The notes under the pieces: model-generated | Told to the model about the DNA's origin: nothing | What the model saw: the letters and a program-made list of their open reading frames with translations, nothing else | Database searches by the model: none | Position numbers and translations under genes: made by a program | NCBI GenBank assembly: GCA_051362555.1 | Contig: CM120640.1 | Coordinates: 41,642,788-41,706,787, forward strand | DNA from: Lingula anatina | Lineage: Eukaryota; Animalia; Brachiopoda | Length of the DNA stretch: 64,000 bases | Direction: 5' to 3' | Part shown: positions 1 through 26,500 of the stretch, piece by piece | How the letters are laid out: each line of letters starts with the position of its first letter | Position numbering within the stretch: position 1 is the stretch's first letter

Positions 1-211
1 GAGAACTTAAAAAAAATCCTCTGTTAAAGTTTCCACATTAAGATAAAGCAACCCTGAAAGGTAATTTAATTCCAATCAAGCAGTCAAAGAGGAAGACTGT
101 AATTCAGTGAAATTATGAAACATAAATTGTGTAAACATCACTTCAACCACCTAAACTGTACACTAGTTTAGAGGACAATTAGCTTTATCCACTATTTCTT
201 ATCATTATCAC

Positions 212-12824
<12,613 letters not shown>

Positions 12825-13174
12825 TGCAGACTGAATTTTTTTACCTGTGAGATGAAAATAAATAATTTCATCAAAATTAATAATAATAAACATGGACATT
12901 AAATGGAAACTAGGCAAAGGAAAGCACATTTAACAAGTCTATCAGCATGCATGCAAAATGAAACACTTTCTTTAAAATGTTGAATATTACATATAAATAA
13001 AACAACTTGACAATTTTAGAAGAGAAGACAACTCGAACAACAAGAAATCTGGTCATGCCCTAAATATATAATCATATTACAAGTTTTTTCATTTAAGATC
13101 TTCCCTTTACTTACAACTCTAGCTTGCCACAACATTTCGAAATGCACCACAGCACGTGATTTACAGATACTTAC

Positions 13175-13349
13175 TCTTTCTTAACAAAATAAGACATAAG
13201 CGGAAGTTTGTTTCTTCTACCAAGCGCTACGGACTTGCTATTTTTCTGGCTTATGATTGATTCATTACTGAAAAGCAGACAATTCTATTGGTTAAAATGA
13301 AACTTCCGGTTTCAATATGGAAGAAGGCAGAACGTGCTTTTAATCTGTG
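13175..13349. promoter_or_regulatory. Bidirectional promoter with non-coding first exons of NAA35 (-) and SNUPN (+)
   Basis: Divergent donors: GTAAGT on minus at 13174 and GTGAGT on plus at 13350. Between them are ETS motifs GCGGAAGT (13200-13207) and ACTTCCGG (13302-13309) and a CCAAT box (ATTGG, 13287-13291). An E-box CACGTG lies at 13153-13158. Local CpG enrichment is seen in an otherwise CpG-poor window. Transcription start sites are inferred. Confidence 0.75.
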
Positions 13350-13734
13350 GTGAGTTTCATAGATTGTTTATCTCCGGTATCGTTTTGCGAAAGAGACCAA
13401 CATGTTATAGATGAGACACATCAAAATAAAGACAATTCACCAACAGATTCTATATCACGATTTTAAAGTTACCAAAATGCCGGAACCGGTTTCATTGCCG
13501 TCGCTTTGGAACCTTGTATCATGATTCATGAACAACTGCAGTGCTACTTATGAGGGAGACCAAAGCTACAAGTTTACCTGTTTGCGTGAGGGAAACTTTG
13601 TTTAAGAACATAGATGTCAGGTTCAGAACTGTGAAAAGTCAGGAAATTTGCATCTGGAAGGGAATGTGACTATTCTAGGGGATAACAAGTTTGTGCTCCA
13701 AACTGTTTCCAAACTTTTATTAACTGTTACATAA

Positions 13735-14020
13735 ATGGTGTATACATTATGCATCAATAGTAAATTTTCATCTTCATAGTTGCTATTGTAGAAATCATTT
13801 GTCATCATTATTTTTGCTTAATAATACTAGTATTATTGTCTTTTCAGCTGAGTGGTTTGAAGCTTTGATGTTTTTCTGTGAATGGTATATACTTTATAGT
13901 ATGTATTAATAGTAAATTTTCATCTTCATTGTTGCTATTGTAGAAATAATTTATCATCGTTATTTTTGCTTATTAATGCTACTATTATTGTCTTTTCAGC
14001 TAAGTGATCTGAAGCTTTGA
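13735..14020 (+). repeat. ~150-bp tandem duplication including the SNUPN exon-2 acceptor
   Basis: Units 13735-13868 and 13882-14020, both ending TATTATTGTCTTTTCAGCT(G/A)AGTG...GAAGCTTTGA. Confidence 0.9.
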
Positions 14021-14060
14021 GTTTCACACACCAGTAGATTGGATCTGTAAGAAAAACACC

Positions 14061-15520
14061 ATGGAAGACTTGGTGGCATCTTTGGCTGGGAGTTTCAGTG
14101 TAACATCAGAACCTAACAGCACAGCGGCACCACACCCTAGGTTCAGCCAATACAAAGTCAAAGGCAATGTTCTTGATCAAGCAGAGAGAAGGAAACGAAT
14201 GTTAGATGCCCAGAAAAAGTAAAGAAAATAGCAAACACAAACATTGTCAGATTTATTTGTAAGAAGCACATTCTTGTATGTTCAGGTGGTTTACTTTAGA
14301 ATGGCTAATTCAAATTCTTTCACATAGGATGTTTTTCTTTCCTTTTTTATTTTGAAATTTTTTTATTCTCTTTTACATATTGATTAAGATTATTATTATT
14401 ACAATATATAATTAATATATGTAACATACAAAGATATTGATAGTATTCATTATTTGTCAGGTCTGTAAGGTTTTATTAAACACTTCATTACATGAAAAAA
14501 ATTATGCTGAGACAGGGAGCTTTAATAAAATGCACAGTGAATAAGGCAGCACATGCTAATTAAATTATCATCATTTCCGTTGCTTATTTGCGCCTTTGAA
14601 AAAAGATTTAAGTTTCAAATTGTCAGAGATATTAAAGTTTGAACCAAGGCAGAGTCACTAACTTTTTTCCTTACTTTGTAGACAAAGGTTTGATTACTTG
14701 AGTTACCTGCGCAATGTGGCTGAAGATGATTGGACTGAGGATGATAATGAAATGTATGGGGAAGAGGTGGCTGATCAAGGATTTGAAGAAATGGACTGTG
14801 AGGTGGTCTTTAAGAAACCAGGAAGAAGATATAAAAATCAGGTAGATGCTAAAATTTTTGTTTTTGATGCTCAGTGTGTGTCTCAAAGATGTGAATCACT
14901 ACTTCCAACAAATACGTAATATTTGGCCCTGTTTGTTTGTTTGTTAAGCTTTTCGAAACATGCAAAAGGTTACAGACAGATTTTGATAAATTTTTCTGTG
15001 CTTTTAAAAATGATTTCTTTAGAATCATGGAATTAAGCATGATTATTAGTAATTGCTCAATACATTACTAGCAAAAGTTGCAGAAAGTGTACTACAAAAT
15101 GTTAAACATTTTATAGTTGATGCTCTCTGAGTGGATGGTAGAGGTACCGGAAGACTTTGAGAAAGAATGGATACTTGTCAACTGCCCTGTTGGCAAACGC
15201 TCTCTGGTGGTGGCATCCATGGTAATGTAGAAGGTTATGTGCATTTTATAAAATTTTATACAATTATAAAATTTGTGCCTTCACTGTTAATATACAGCAT
15301 GTGTTGTATCTGAGCTGCAGGTACATTATGCATACATTCAATGTGCTTGGCTTATAAATATGACCACGTTGAGTAATAGGTGTGAAACTATAAATTGCCA
15401 ATGGGCAGAATATTTAATAAAATGTTAAATTTACAATAATCAGTTTAAATGTTTTGTGCCTGTAGTTATATTATTTAATTGTCAAATGAATGACTTATAC
15501 ATTTGCATTTAACTTGATGC

Positions 15521-15556
<36 letters not shown>

Positions 15557-15760
15557 GTTGTGTCCTAAATATGTCTGTTCTGTGGTTTCAGGGCAACACC
15601 AGAGCATACACAAGGAGTGGCTACTGTGCGATGTCAGGTTTCCCATCCACACTCCCAGGGGGAAATAGAAAGCAGCTGGGAAGAAATGAAAATAGTAAGG
15701 TTATTACATGAACATAAGCTCATTGCTCATTTTTTTCCCAAAGAAATATGGATGTCATTG

Positions 15761-15792
<32 letters not shown>

Positions 15793-17408
15793 GGGAAATG
15801 AAATGGGAGGTGTGATATAAATCCAGGTTTTGAATTTTTTGTCAAATTTTTTCATATGCATTTAAGCTATATATTTAATGTGTGTTACTCATAGAATGTA
15901 AAAAGATCATGCAACTTAAATAATCTTGATTTATGCTCAATTTCATTACAGTCTGTCATATTTAATTTTTCCCAGAATACACAGTTCTAGACTGCATTTA
16001 CAGTGAGGTACAGAAGACCTTTTATATCCTTGATATCATGTGTTGGGCAGGTTACCCAGTCATGGAATCTGAGGTATGGAGCTTGTAAATATGTTTTATT
16101 AGATTATCATAGTTCAGACTCATTGTTTTTTTTCTGTCTCTAGCTTTTGCATTTTTTTCACTTTGTTCAAGGTTCCAATTTTTCTTTCATCCAGTACAGG
16201 GCAGTAGAAATATAACTTGTTTTTTCTCTTTTTAGACAGAATTTCGATTCTTTTGGCTCAATGAGAAAGTGAAGGAAAATCCTGAAGTCACACAGATATC
16301 AAAGCTCAACTCGGTATGTCTTCTTGTTGGCCTTCATTTCAGTATCAGTAAAAATTGTTTGTCAAACAATACATTTTAATCACATTGCTTTAAAATGTGT
16401 ATATTTATCAGTGAAGAAAAATTAACATAAATTTTAAATTCCTGAATTAAAGTAAAAATTAGGAGTATCTGTCATGACATGTAGGTGCTGTAGTAATTTT
16501 TTGGCAAATAAATTTAATTGTCACACTTTTATTATTTTCAGTATTGCTTTCTACCCTTGCCTTATCATTCTTGTGACAAGGAAACTATTTCCAGAGTGAT
16601 CTCCTCGAACTTAACCTTTGAAGTAAGTACATTGTAAGATACACATAATGTGGAAGGAGATATCTGAGAAATCAATTAATGGGTTAAACAGTACGAGCAC
16701 AAGTGCAATTCCTCCACGCTTATATTAAGACATTATTGTAATGGTGAAAGAAAGTGCAAATGTGATAAAATAGGCTATTCATTATCTCTGTGTAATGATA
16801 AAGGATCAAATTGAAGAAGGATCAAAGCATCATGCCTTGTGATAGAAAACCTTTTTTTAGTCTCTTTAGAAAAGATTTCCTTTTTGTACCCCCCCCCCCC
16901 CCAAAAAAAAAAAAAAAAAAAATTGAATAGTCATTAAATTTTTACTGTTATCTAAAATTTTATCCAGTACAAATAGAGAACTGGAAATCACTTTTGACTC
17001 TTTCAGCTGGATGGCCTGCTGTTTTACCACAAGAGGACGAGTTATACATTTGGTACCACTCCTCTCTGTTTGTGGCTCAAAGGATACATGCTTCCTGAAA
17101 TCCTTGGGATTCAAGTGCCAGCTTTTTATATGCAAACTAAGCCCAGCAGCTATTCAACATTTAGTGACCACATTTTAAAAGTCAAAGCAGATAAAGATCG
17201 ACATGAGAAAGACAAAGAAAAGGCTCTTTTAAGTAATACAGGTCATTTAGAAGGTGATGACAAAAAGAAAAAGAGCCAGAGAGCAAAGCAAAAACATCAG
17301 GAGATGGAAATAGAGAATGTAAGCAATATGGAAGGCGAGAGAGGACAGGGTGATAACACTGGAATAGACCTGGTAAAGAAAGATGGAATTGAAGTTGACC
17401 ATACTTAA
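14061..17408 (+). CDS. SNUPN: Snurportin-1 (m3G-cap snRNP import adaptor), 8 coding exons, ~394 aa, complete
   Basis: Exons: 14061-14218, 14682-14841, 15117-15221, 15592-15694, 15976-16073, 16236-16313, 16542-16622, 17007-17408 (1185 nt, in frame to TAA). N-terminus [32 protein letters not shown] with IBB-like [11 protein letters not shown]. Cap-binding domain motifs [68 protein letters not shown] at 17556-17561. Confidence 0.95.
15763..15792. repeat. (GATA)n microsatellite
   Basis: Directly visible in a SNUPN intron. Confidence 0.9.
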
Positions 17409-17779
17409 AATTTAGCACATTCAGTTTCTCCTCTCTCCCAAGACAATTATATATTTCTAAGTTTTTAACCCTTTTTAAATACATGACTTGGATAAAAGAT
17501 AATTGAATGTAAAAGTGTTTTAATATTTTAATTCATTATTTAAAGAGTTTTCTGAAATAAATGTGAAAAATACTGGTTAGGAAATTCAAATGTGAATCAT
17601 CTGAAAAACAAAGCTAGGATTGACCTAAATTCTTGCTAATATTTTTCTTCTGCTGTGCATGGCTGTTATTTAGGCCTACACAAATTTTAGGATACATGCA
17701 AAACTGAGGATTATTTTCAGGCATTAATAAAGACAAAACGCCAGTGTAAAATTCAGTACTGAAAGTTTTGACTACCAAG

Positions 17780-20503
17780 TTTATTCACCTGGTACTCTTC
17801 ACTTATTATAACACATAACAACTTGCAATTTAAAGTAGAAACTAAGACAACTTGCTTGAAGTTTCAACCCTAGAGCTCATTAGAAATGAACAATCCGGTT
17901 TTCACCACAACAGCACTGAATAATATCACACTCTACAAACTCTGTCCTAAGTGTTTCCATTTTGATTATAATATTTACTGCACTAGTTTTAGTGAACCAA
18001 TGAGAAGAAACACAAACAAATATAACACTTTACTAGTTTGATGTTGGTTATAATTCTTGGCCTCATTTTGCATTTACTAAACTAATCCACTGTAAGACTG
18101 CCAATAAACAAAGGCTTGACTATCTACCATACTAAAAAAGATTTTACAATAAAGATTCTTCGTTTGTTATTGAATTTAAAAATATTAAGTATGAAATCCA
18201 TGTTCTATAAGATACTTAAAATGTAAAAATCATAATCCTTTGTTAACATAAATTGCCTTTTGATTCTCAAAATGAATGCCTCCAATAACTTAGGCTCTTC
18301 TTTAATTGTGCAAAATACACCTGCCTTGTTATAATCATAATGTTATGTCATTTACTACACATCAAACACTCATTCTTCGTTTAATTCATAACACATGAAT
18401 TTGTAAGTTACACATCTTTTTCTTTTTGCTTAGAGTACATGTCCTCATTTTCCTGCAAGTTGTGATAAAATAATTAAAATTGAGCTCTTTTTTTCATGTA
18501 TGCCACAAAGGTCATTCAATAATGGAGTAAATACTCTCAAAGCTCTGCTACTAATAATGATCTCATATTTATTATTAAAAAGTGACAAATTATGATAAAA
18601 TATAGGAAAAAACCAACAGATGATACAAGTATCTGCATCATCAATGAGATGCAACTATCTAAAAACTCAACTATGGTACATGTAAGATGAAGGATAATGT
18701 TTAACAGCAAAGCTACATGTATTTCCACTCTTTTTCCATGTGATAAGAACTTTTAGAGTAGAAAACTTGCTCTAAAATGTTATTACTGTGCACCAGGCAC
18801 CTTGAATACTGTCCTCTGTGTTAGTTACTAATATCAAGTATAATATATAGGTCAGAAATACCTTATATACAATGGCACATCAGTGATAATGCACAATAAT
18901 TAAACTTGTACGAATGATACTTAATACGCAAGAAAAATATCACATATATGATACATAATACATGTATATGTAATTTAAACTAATAAATAGATATTATACA
19001 TACTTGTATGTGTAGCTATTAAAGCAAAATCAAATTTATACTACAGAATTCCACACAACCAAGAGTAAGTTGATAGTCAAACATCATGTGCTACCTGTTG
19101 AGACGTGCTGGTTCTCCATTACTAGATGAATAAGGTCCATAATTACATCTCCGTTCAGTGCCAGCACAGCTTTTATGTGACAAAACCTTTGTATGACAAC
19201 ATCTTCATTGCCAGTAAACAGGATATTCATGCAGGCTACTGGTACACCCCCCCCCCCCACCCCTGCCAATGTGCCCTTCCCCATAACATACTGACCTGTC
19301 ACAGTAATCACTTCAAATTTTACCACCTCACTCATTTTTATAGTGCATTTCAAGTTTAACCATTTCAGCTATTTAAAAAATGTCCTTCCAGACAAATAAC
19401 CAACTAGCTTTTCAAAACTTATGAATTGGTATTACCAACAGAAACATTTTCAGTGAATTTGTTTCTTAGAATCTTTTGAGTAGTAATTCAATGTTATGAG
19501 TAATTACCATATCCACTAAATAATGTCAGGAACAATGTGCAATGTATATTTGTTTCATATAATGATCATATTCAAACCACCTGTGCAACATCATAAACAT
19601 CTATGGTGTGTAAATTACTTGCTCTCCAAAAGGATGTGCATTAATCCAATACTGTTACCAACGTGCTCATCATCTAAACCCCCCTCCCTAATCAATACTA
19701 GATAAACAAGCATTTGTGCATTCTCAAACTACAAACTAGAATGTTTACATATCAAGTGTTTTTGGAAAGGGGCTAAGACTTGACACATCTGCTTGTTTCT
19801 TTCCAATAATTCACTGTACACCTCTAACAACCTGCATCACAACATACAGTGAATGAACAAAATTCAGGCAACAGCCTTGCATTAGAATTTAAACCATTAA
19901 CACACACATGTTCGTGCCTCAGAATGTCCGATGCGTACCTGCTCAGTAACATAAGACACAGAAAGGCACACACCCTTTGATTACATCTGAGAGGTTTCTA
20001 TTTTGTGCAGTGTGCTTCAACATTTAATGTGTAAGCCTAACTTTTTGGCAAAAAAATTAAAGACAATTTGAAAAAGTTGCATCCTGTAAAAATATTTTAG
20101 AACACTGTGTAAACATTGACCAAGATACATTATATACTAATGAGGTGAAGGGGAGTAAAGAAACGTTAGAGGGGCATACATAACAGGGGGTACCAACACT
20201 CAAACCGTCAAGTTTGATTTATGGTGCAATAACACCAAACTAAAACAACTGTCAAAAAGACAATATCTACTGGATATTTCAGACAGATACGTCATCTGTA
20301 AGATGCAGAAAATAATCATAAATTTTTTTTTTATCTCTATCTGTTAATACAGACACCGTGGTGAACACAATTCTGTGACCCATCCTCTGGTCACAATCAT
20401 AACAAACACTATTTGAACTTACGCAGTGCATTTTTACATTTTCATAATCTGTTTTTAATACATCTTTTTCCACACTCTGTGTGGGACCATGTGTACATTG
20501 CTG
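17780..20503 (-). other. Probable long PDE8 3' UTR, convergent with SNUPN 3' end
   Basis: Unique, TE-free stretch after the PDE8 stop, with a minus-strand AATAAA at 17780-17785, ~220 bp from the SNUPN poly(A) signal. The extent is inferred. Confidence 0.45.
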
Positions 20504-23500
20504 CTAAGATAACTCTTCTGATACATCTTCTACTGTCAAGCTTTCTTGTTGTGCCACTGGCTCTCTGTCTTTTATTGTAACTTTCTTTGTGCCTGTAGAT
20601 TCCAGATCCCCATTACTCATCTGTTGTTCTTCCCTGGCACCGTTTTCTGTAGTTTGTTCACTTTCTGTTCCATCTTCTTGTTCTGTGCTGCTCTGCTTCT
20701 GTTGTTTGTCCTGTTCTTCCTTTTGCTGAGTCTGCCAACACCTGTAGTTCTCTTGGAGGTACCCAATCAGGTCAGGGACATCAGCAAAGTCTACAGAATT
20801 CAAGAAATTATTTAAAAATCAATATGAGGATATATAAAGGAGGGAAAAGTTAACTGAATGACATGCCTATAATGCAGGTGTATTATAAAACAAAGATACT
20901 GTTTTAAATCATACAAAATAATTCTTGTACCTCCCTCCCTTTTCATCTAAGATTCTGAATAGAAGATCTTCTCTGGTACTAACTGATCTCATTTGTCTCT
21001 AACATTTTTACAAAATTTCACACATATTAAAAAACATTAGAGTTCTTACAGTACACACTTTCTGCCACGGAAGTGTAAGCAGCAATATAAACTCACCATC
21101 CCATGCCTCAAACATCTCATTTATGAAAAAGTCAATAAAACTAATCTGTGACTTAGGTATACTGCAAGTTTTCCTATCAAATACTGGCATCACCACTGGC
21201 AGACCAAGCGACTTCTCCTCATCAGTCTGAAAATAGATGCAGTCCATGCATCACATTTGTTTCTTATCTTTACTAAATAGTCCAGACTGACTTAAAGCAA
21301 TATTATAGGTATTCACATTCATAGTCTTTTGTCTGGTCTCTAAGAAAAGTGAAGGCGAAATGATATCTTAATGGCAGAGAAACGTCAGTTGACCTTTGAA
21401 TAAAGAGAGGCGATAACTACCAACACAAATAGGACGATAATGAAAAAGGCATAATTCAATGGGAAAAAACATAAGAATTGTAATTGTTAATGGCAAAGAA
21501 AGAAAGAAAAAAAGAAAAACTCATATCAAGATGGTCAACTTTGTATATTTTTAATGTAAGTTTGTACCTGCTGAAAGTATTCTTCTGCTATTCTTAGAGC
21601 CCACTCTTTGCACAAGTAGAATGGCCTGGCTGGGTTAGACACATCAGAACATTTGATGATCATACGCTTGATAACAGCTTTGTTCTCTGGCAAGGATAAT
21701 GTAGTTTGAGCATCTTGAGACCCATTCTGAAAAACAAAAATGAGCATTTTATTCATTAAAAAATATACATTGAAATGATTTGGTGCTGCAGCCAAGTTGG
21801 TAGTTTAGTAACTACATGAACGGTAGTAAGGTTATTATCATTAACATAAAACCCCTTTCTTGTTAATAATCAAAATCTATAATTTCTGAGACATTATTTC
21901 TTTATATCTAACAAATACACCATAATCAAAAAATCATTGGCTGATAAAATGACCCAAAAAAAAAAAACAAGGCAGCAAAGCTGTCAAATGTACAGACAAA
22001 AAACAGGAAATAACTATGCACAAAATAGGCTACTGTCAATTCTGATGCAAAAGTACATTATGTTGAACTGCAAATTCAACATTAAATTTAAATTATGCTC
22101 AACAGGTAATACCAATGTAAGTAAAATGTGTAACAAGCATAAGGCTTCAGGCCCATGGGAGTTCAAGTTCACACTTTGAAATTGTATAACTTCCAGAAAG
22201 AGAAGCCAATTAGACTACTTTTCCAACTCAGGCTGCATTTTAGCCCTGTATTTCTCTTTTGAAAGTTTGGCAGTCATAAATAACATGGTTTTCCCATAAT
22301 GGTCATCATGGCAGCAGCACCCAAAATTGTGTTTTCTTCTATTCTGATGCAATATTACATAATGGTTAACAGCATAAAGACTGTCAACTGTCAATTGAAA
22401 ATAAAATAAACGTATCATGGATTTTCAGAAAATGCGACTAGCACAGGTCTTCAAGCATATCTTGTGAAAAATTAAATTTTCACACAAAAAAAAAAAAAAA
22501 CTGTTTAACTGGCAGTAAGAATTACCAAACAGACTGCATTGCCTACTGAAGCTGTATTTTAGTCGCATGTTTCTTTCCTGCAAGTTTGAGAACAGTAAGT
22601 GACCTGGTTTTTCTTAAATGGTCATCATGGGAGCAGTGCCCAAAATAGTTTTTTTGATGCAATATTACATAACGTTTAACAGCATAATGACCATCAATTT
22701 TTAATAATAAAATATTAGTATCATGGATATTCAGAAAATGTGATATGGGAAGGTCTTCAGGCCCATGGAACTTCAAAGTCACAACTTGAAAATGCCAAAA
22801 TGTAAACAAGACAGCACTGTTCTGAAATGTTTTTTTTTAACATAAAACAAAATTAACAGTTTACTGCCATTTTTATATGATCAACTAAGAAAAATATCAA
22901 TAGAGCAGTGTTAAATAGCCAATTTCTTCCATTCTGAGATTCTGAACATAGTGAATGATTGAATCTGACAAACTGCTATGACATGAGTTTATTTCCACTT
23001 TTGAAACTTTATTACACAATAATAAGTTTACCATTATTTTTACAAAATCAACTAACAATGTTGTAAAGATGCAGGAAATGTCAAACAAACACTTTTACGT
23101 ATCTTATTAGTTAACTAATGAGACTGTTAACATGCCTAAGAATTGAATGTGAGGAAATGTGAAAAAACAGCATAACTTCTAAAATAATGGCCCGATTATG
23201 CTGATTTTCGAACTCAACCTGTGTTTTAGCAGCATTGACCACTCCTGTGAGTTTAATGGCAATTGGCCTATCTGTTTTCCTTATATTGTGTTTTTAGTGT
23301 TGCATATATGCTGAAAAGTGGGGAAAAAAGCATAACTACTAAAATAGTGGCCCGATCATGCCGCTTTTCGAACTTGACCTCAATTTAGTGAGATCCATTA
23401 CCCCAGCGAGTTTCATGACAACAGGCCTATCGTTTTTTTTCTTGAAATGTGTTTACAGTGTTGCATATATGCTGAAAAGTGAAAACATCTTAAAAATGCC

Positions 23501-26500
23501 AGTTTGAAAAATTAAAAATTAAAGAAAAAATTACAAAAATATTCCACTAAAGCTGCCATTCAGTCTAGGTGCATAACCATGATATGAATCATCCAACTTG
23601 AGTTTAAACAGTGTAAACAACTCGCAGAAATATAATATATTTTGTTTTACTACAAAAAGGGCAGTCATAGCTATTATTCTGATATCTGAACTTTTCATCA
23701 GACCATGTGACATCCATAGATGGCTATACTTTGTAACAATATCTTAAGAGATTATAACAAAAAAAAAACCCTTTTTACAAAGAAAATTAATTATTTGCCA
23801 AAAAGAACAGTCAAGTTGCAAATATTGCACAACAGGTAGTATCAATAAAAGTTAAATGTTACATGTCCTTGGGAGTTATAAGTCCCACAATGAAAATTCC
23901 AGTATGTGAAAGATAAAATTTCACAAAATGTACAACAGAATAACATGGTCAATAAGATTACAGTTTCAGGACCATATGTGAGAGTTCAAATTCACATAAT
24001 GCAAATCCCAATATGTGAAAAAAGATGACAGTGCATAAAATAATATAATTACACAATGTTTAAAGGCATAAAAACCAACACAACTCCTTATGTGGAAAAA
24101 CAGAAAATGCAGAGTGCTTCTGGTGGATGGGAGTTGAAAGTGATATCTTGAAGATGCTAGTGTTTGAAAAATAATTAAAAGAAAATGTAAAATAAAACAA
24201 AACAAAAAATTCCAATAAAGCTGCTATTCAAACTTAAAATCTAGCTGTCTAATTACTAACATGACTAACATTTACCTGCACAATAATCATTGATTCCTAA
24301 TTATGTGACACAGTTAAGAGAGATATACCCAGGGGACTTTACAATGAAATCTCATCGTGTGTTTTATGTAATCTCATTTAATGGCCACTTGAAAAATTAT
24401 TAAGCAAATTACTTTATGAACGTGTGTTTTATGTAATCTCATTTAATGGCCACTTGAAAATTAATTAAGCAAATTAGTTTGTGACCCTGAATTAATATAC
24501 TGCCATATACATTTATTGCACCATAGTTCACTCTATAGAACTGCATTGCTTCCAAAACAGAAAACAATCACACTGGTTTTCCAACACAAGCTGCACTTCA
24601 GTCTTATGAAACTTTTCAGTAAATTTGAGTATCGTAAGTAACATGGTTTTCCCTTAATCGCTATCCTGGCAGCAGTGTCCAAAATACAGGTTTCTTCAAC
24701 TTTCATGCAATATAACACAATACTTAACAGCATAATGACCATCAATTTTTTATAAAAAAAATAAAAGTATCATGGATATTCAGAAAATGTGATATGGGAA
24801 GGTCTTCAAGACCATGGAAGTTCAAAGTTCGAAGTTCAAAATGCCAAAATGTAAACAAGAGATAACTGTACTGAAATGATTTTCTTTCCATTTTCAACAC
24901 CTTTTTACATAAAACAAAATAATCAATTTACTGTCATTTTTAAATGATCATCTAGGAAAATTGTCGACATAGGAAAAATATCAATAGAACAATTTTAAAT
25001 GTCTAATTTGCTCCATTTGCAGATTCTGAACATAGTGAATGACTGGATCTGACAAACTGCAATGATGAGTTCCTTTCCATTTTTGATACTTTATTACACA
25101 ATGCATGATAACAGGTTTACCATCATTTTTATATAATCAACTAACAATATTGTTAAGAAGCAGAAAATGTCAAAACAACACTTTTACATATCTAATTAGT
25201 TCCATATTGAGACTGTTAACATGCCTAAGAATTAAATCTGAAGAAAAAAAACACTTATATACAAAAAGGCTAATAACTTCATCAAAACTTAACTGATCAA
25301 GCTTATTTTCAAACTTGATCTGTATACTAGTCAGACTAATCACTGCTGTGAGTTGCAAGACAAAAGGCTGATTGGTTTTCCTTAAAATGTGTTATCAGTG
25401 TTGCATATATGCTGAATAAGGAAAAAAACAGCATAACAGTTGTAAATATAGTCCAATCAAGCCAATTTTCAAACTTGAAATGTGTATTATGAATATTCAT
25501 CAGTTTCAATCCAAAAAGAAAAACATTTTTACACTGATCCTGTTTTCCGTGTTACAAAAATGCTGAAAAATTTGAAAAAAAAAACCCCATCATAACTTCC
25601 CTAAAATTGGCCGGATCATGCTGAATTTCAAACTTAACCTGCGTATTATAAATATTAATCAGTTCTGTAAGTTTCAAGCCAAAAAGTAAAACGGTATTTT
25701 ACTTATCATGTTATCGGTGCTACATAAATGCTGAAAAAAGTGAAACAAGACAGCACTGTTCTGAAATGGGTTTATTACCATTTTTAAGACTTTTTAAACA
25801 TAAAACAAAATAAACAGTGCCATTTTTATATGACCAACTAAGAAAATTGATGAGATGGGAAAATATCAATAAGACAGTGTTATATGTCCAATTTCCTCCA
25901 TTATGAGATTCTGAACATAGTGGATGATTGAATCTGACAAACTGCAATGATATGTGTTTATTTCCATTTTTGACACTTTATTACACAATACACGATAACA
26001 GGTTTACTATCATTTTTACAAAATCAACTAACAATGTTGTAAAGATGCAGGAAATGCCAAACAAACACTTTTACGTATCTTATTAGTTAAATAATGAGAG
26101 TGTTAACATGCCTAAGAATTGAATGTGAGGAAATGTGAAAAAACAGCATAACTTCTAAAATAATGGACCGATTATGCTGATTTTCCAACTCAACCTTCAT
26201 TTTAGTAAGATTGGCCACTCCTATGAGTATTATGACAATTGGCCTATCTGTTTTTCACTTATCGTGTTATCAGTGTTGCATATATGCTGAAAAAAGTGAA
26301 AAAAACAGCTTAACTTCCATAAAAGTGGTCCAATCATGCTGATTTTCAAACTCGACCTGTGTATTATGAATATTTATCAGTTCTGTAAGTTTCAAGCCAA
26401 AGGGTAAAACAGCTTTTCATTTATTGTGTTATCGGTGTTGCAAAAATGCTGAAAAAAAGTGAAAAAATAGCCTAAATTCATTAAAAATGACCCAATCATG

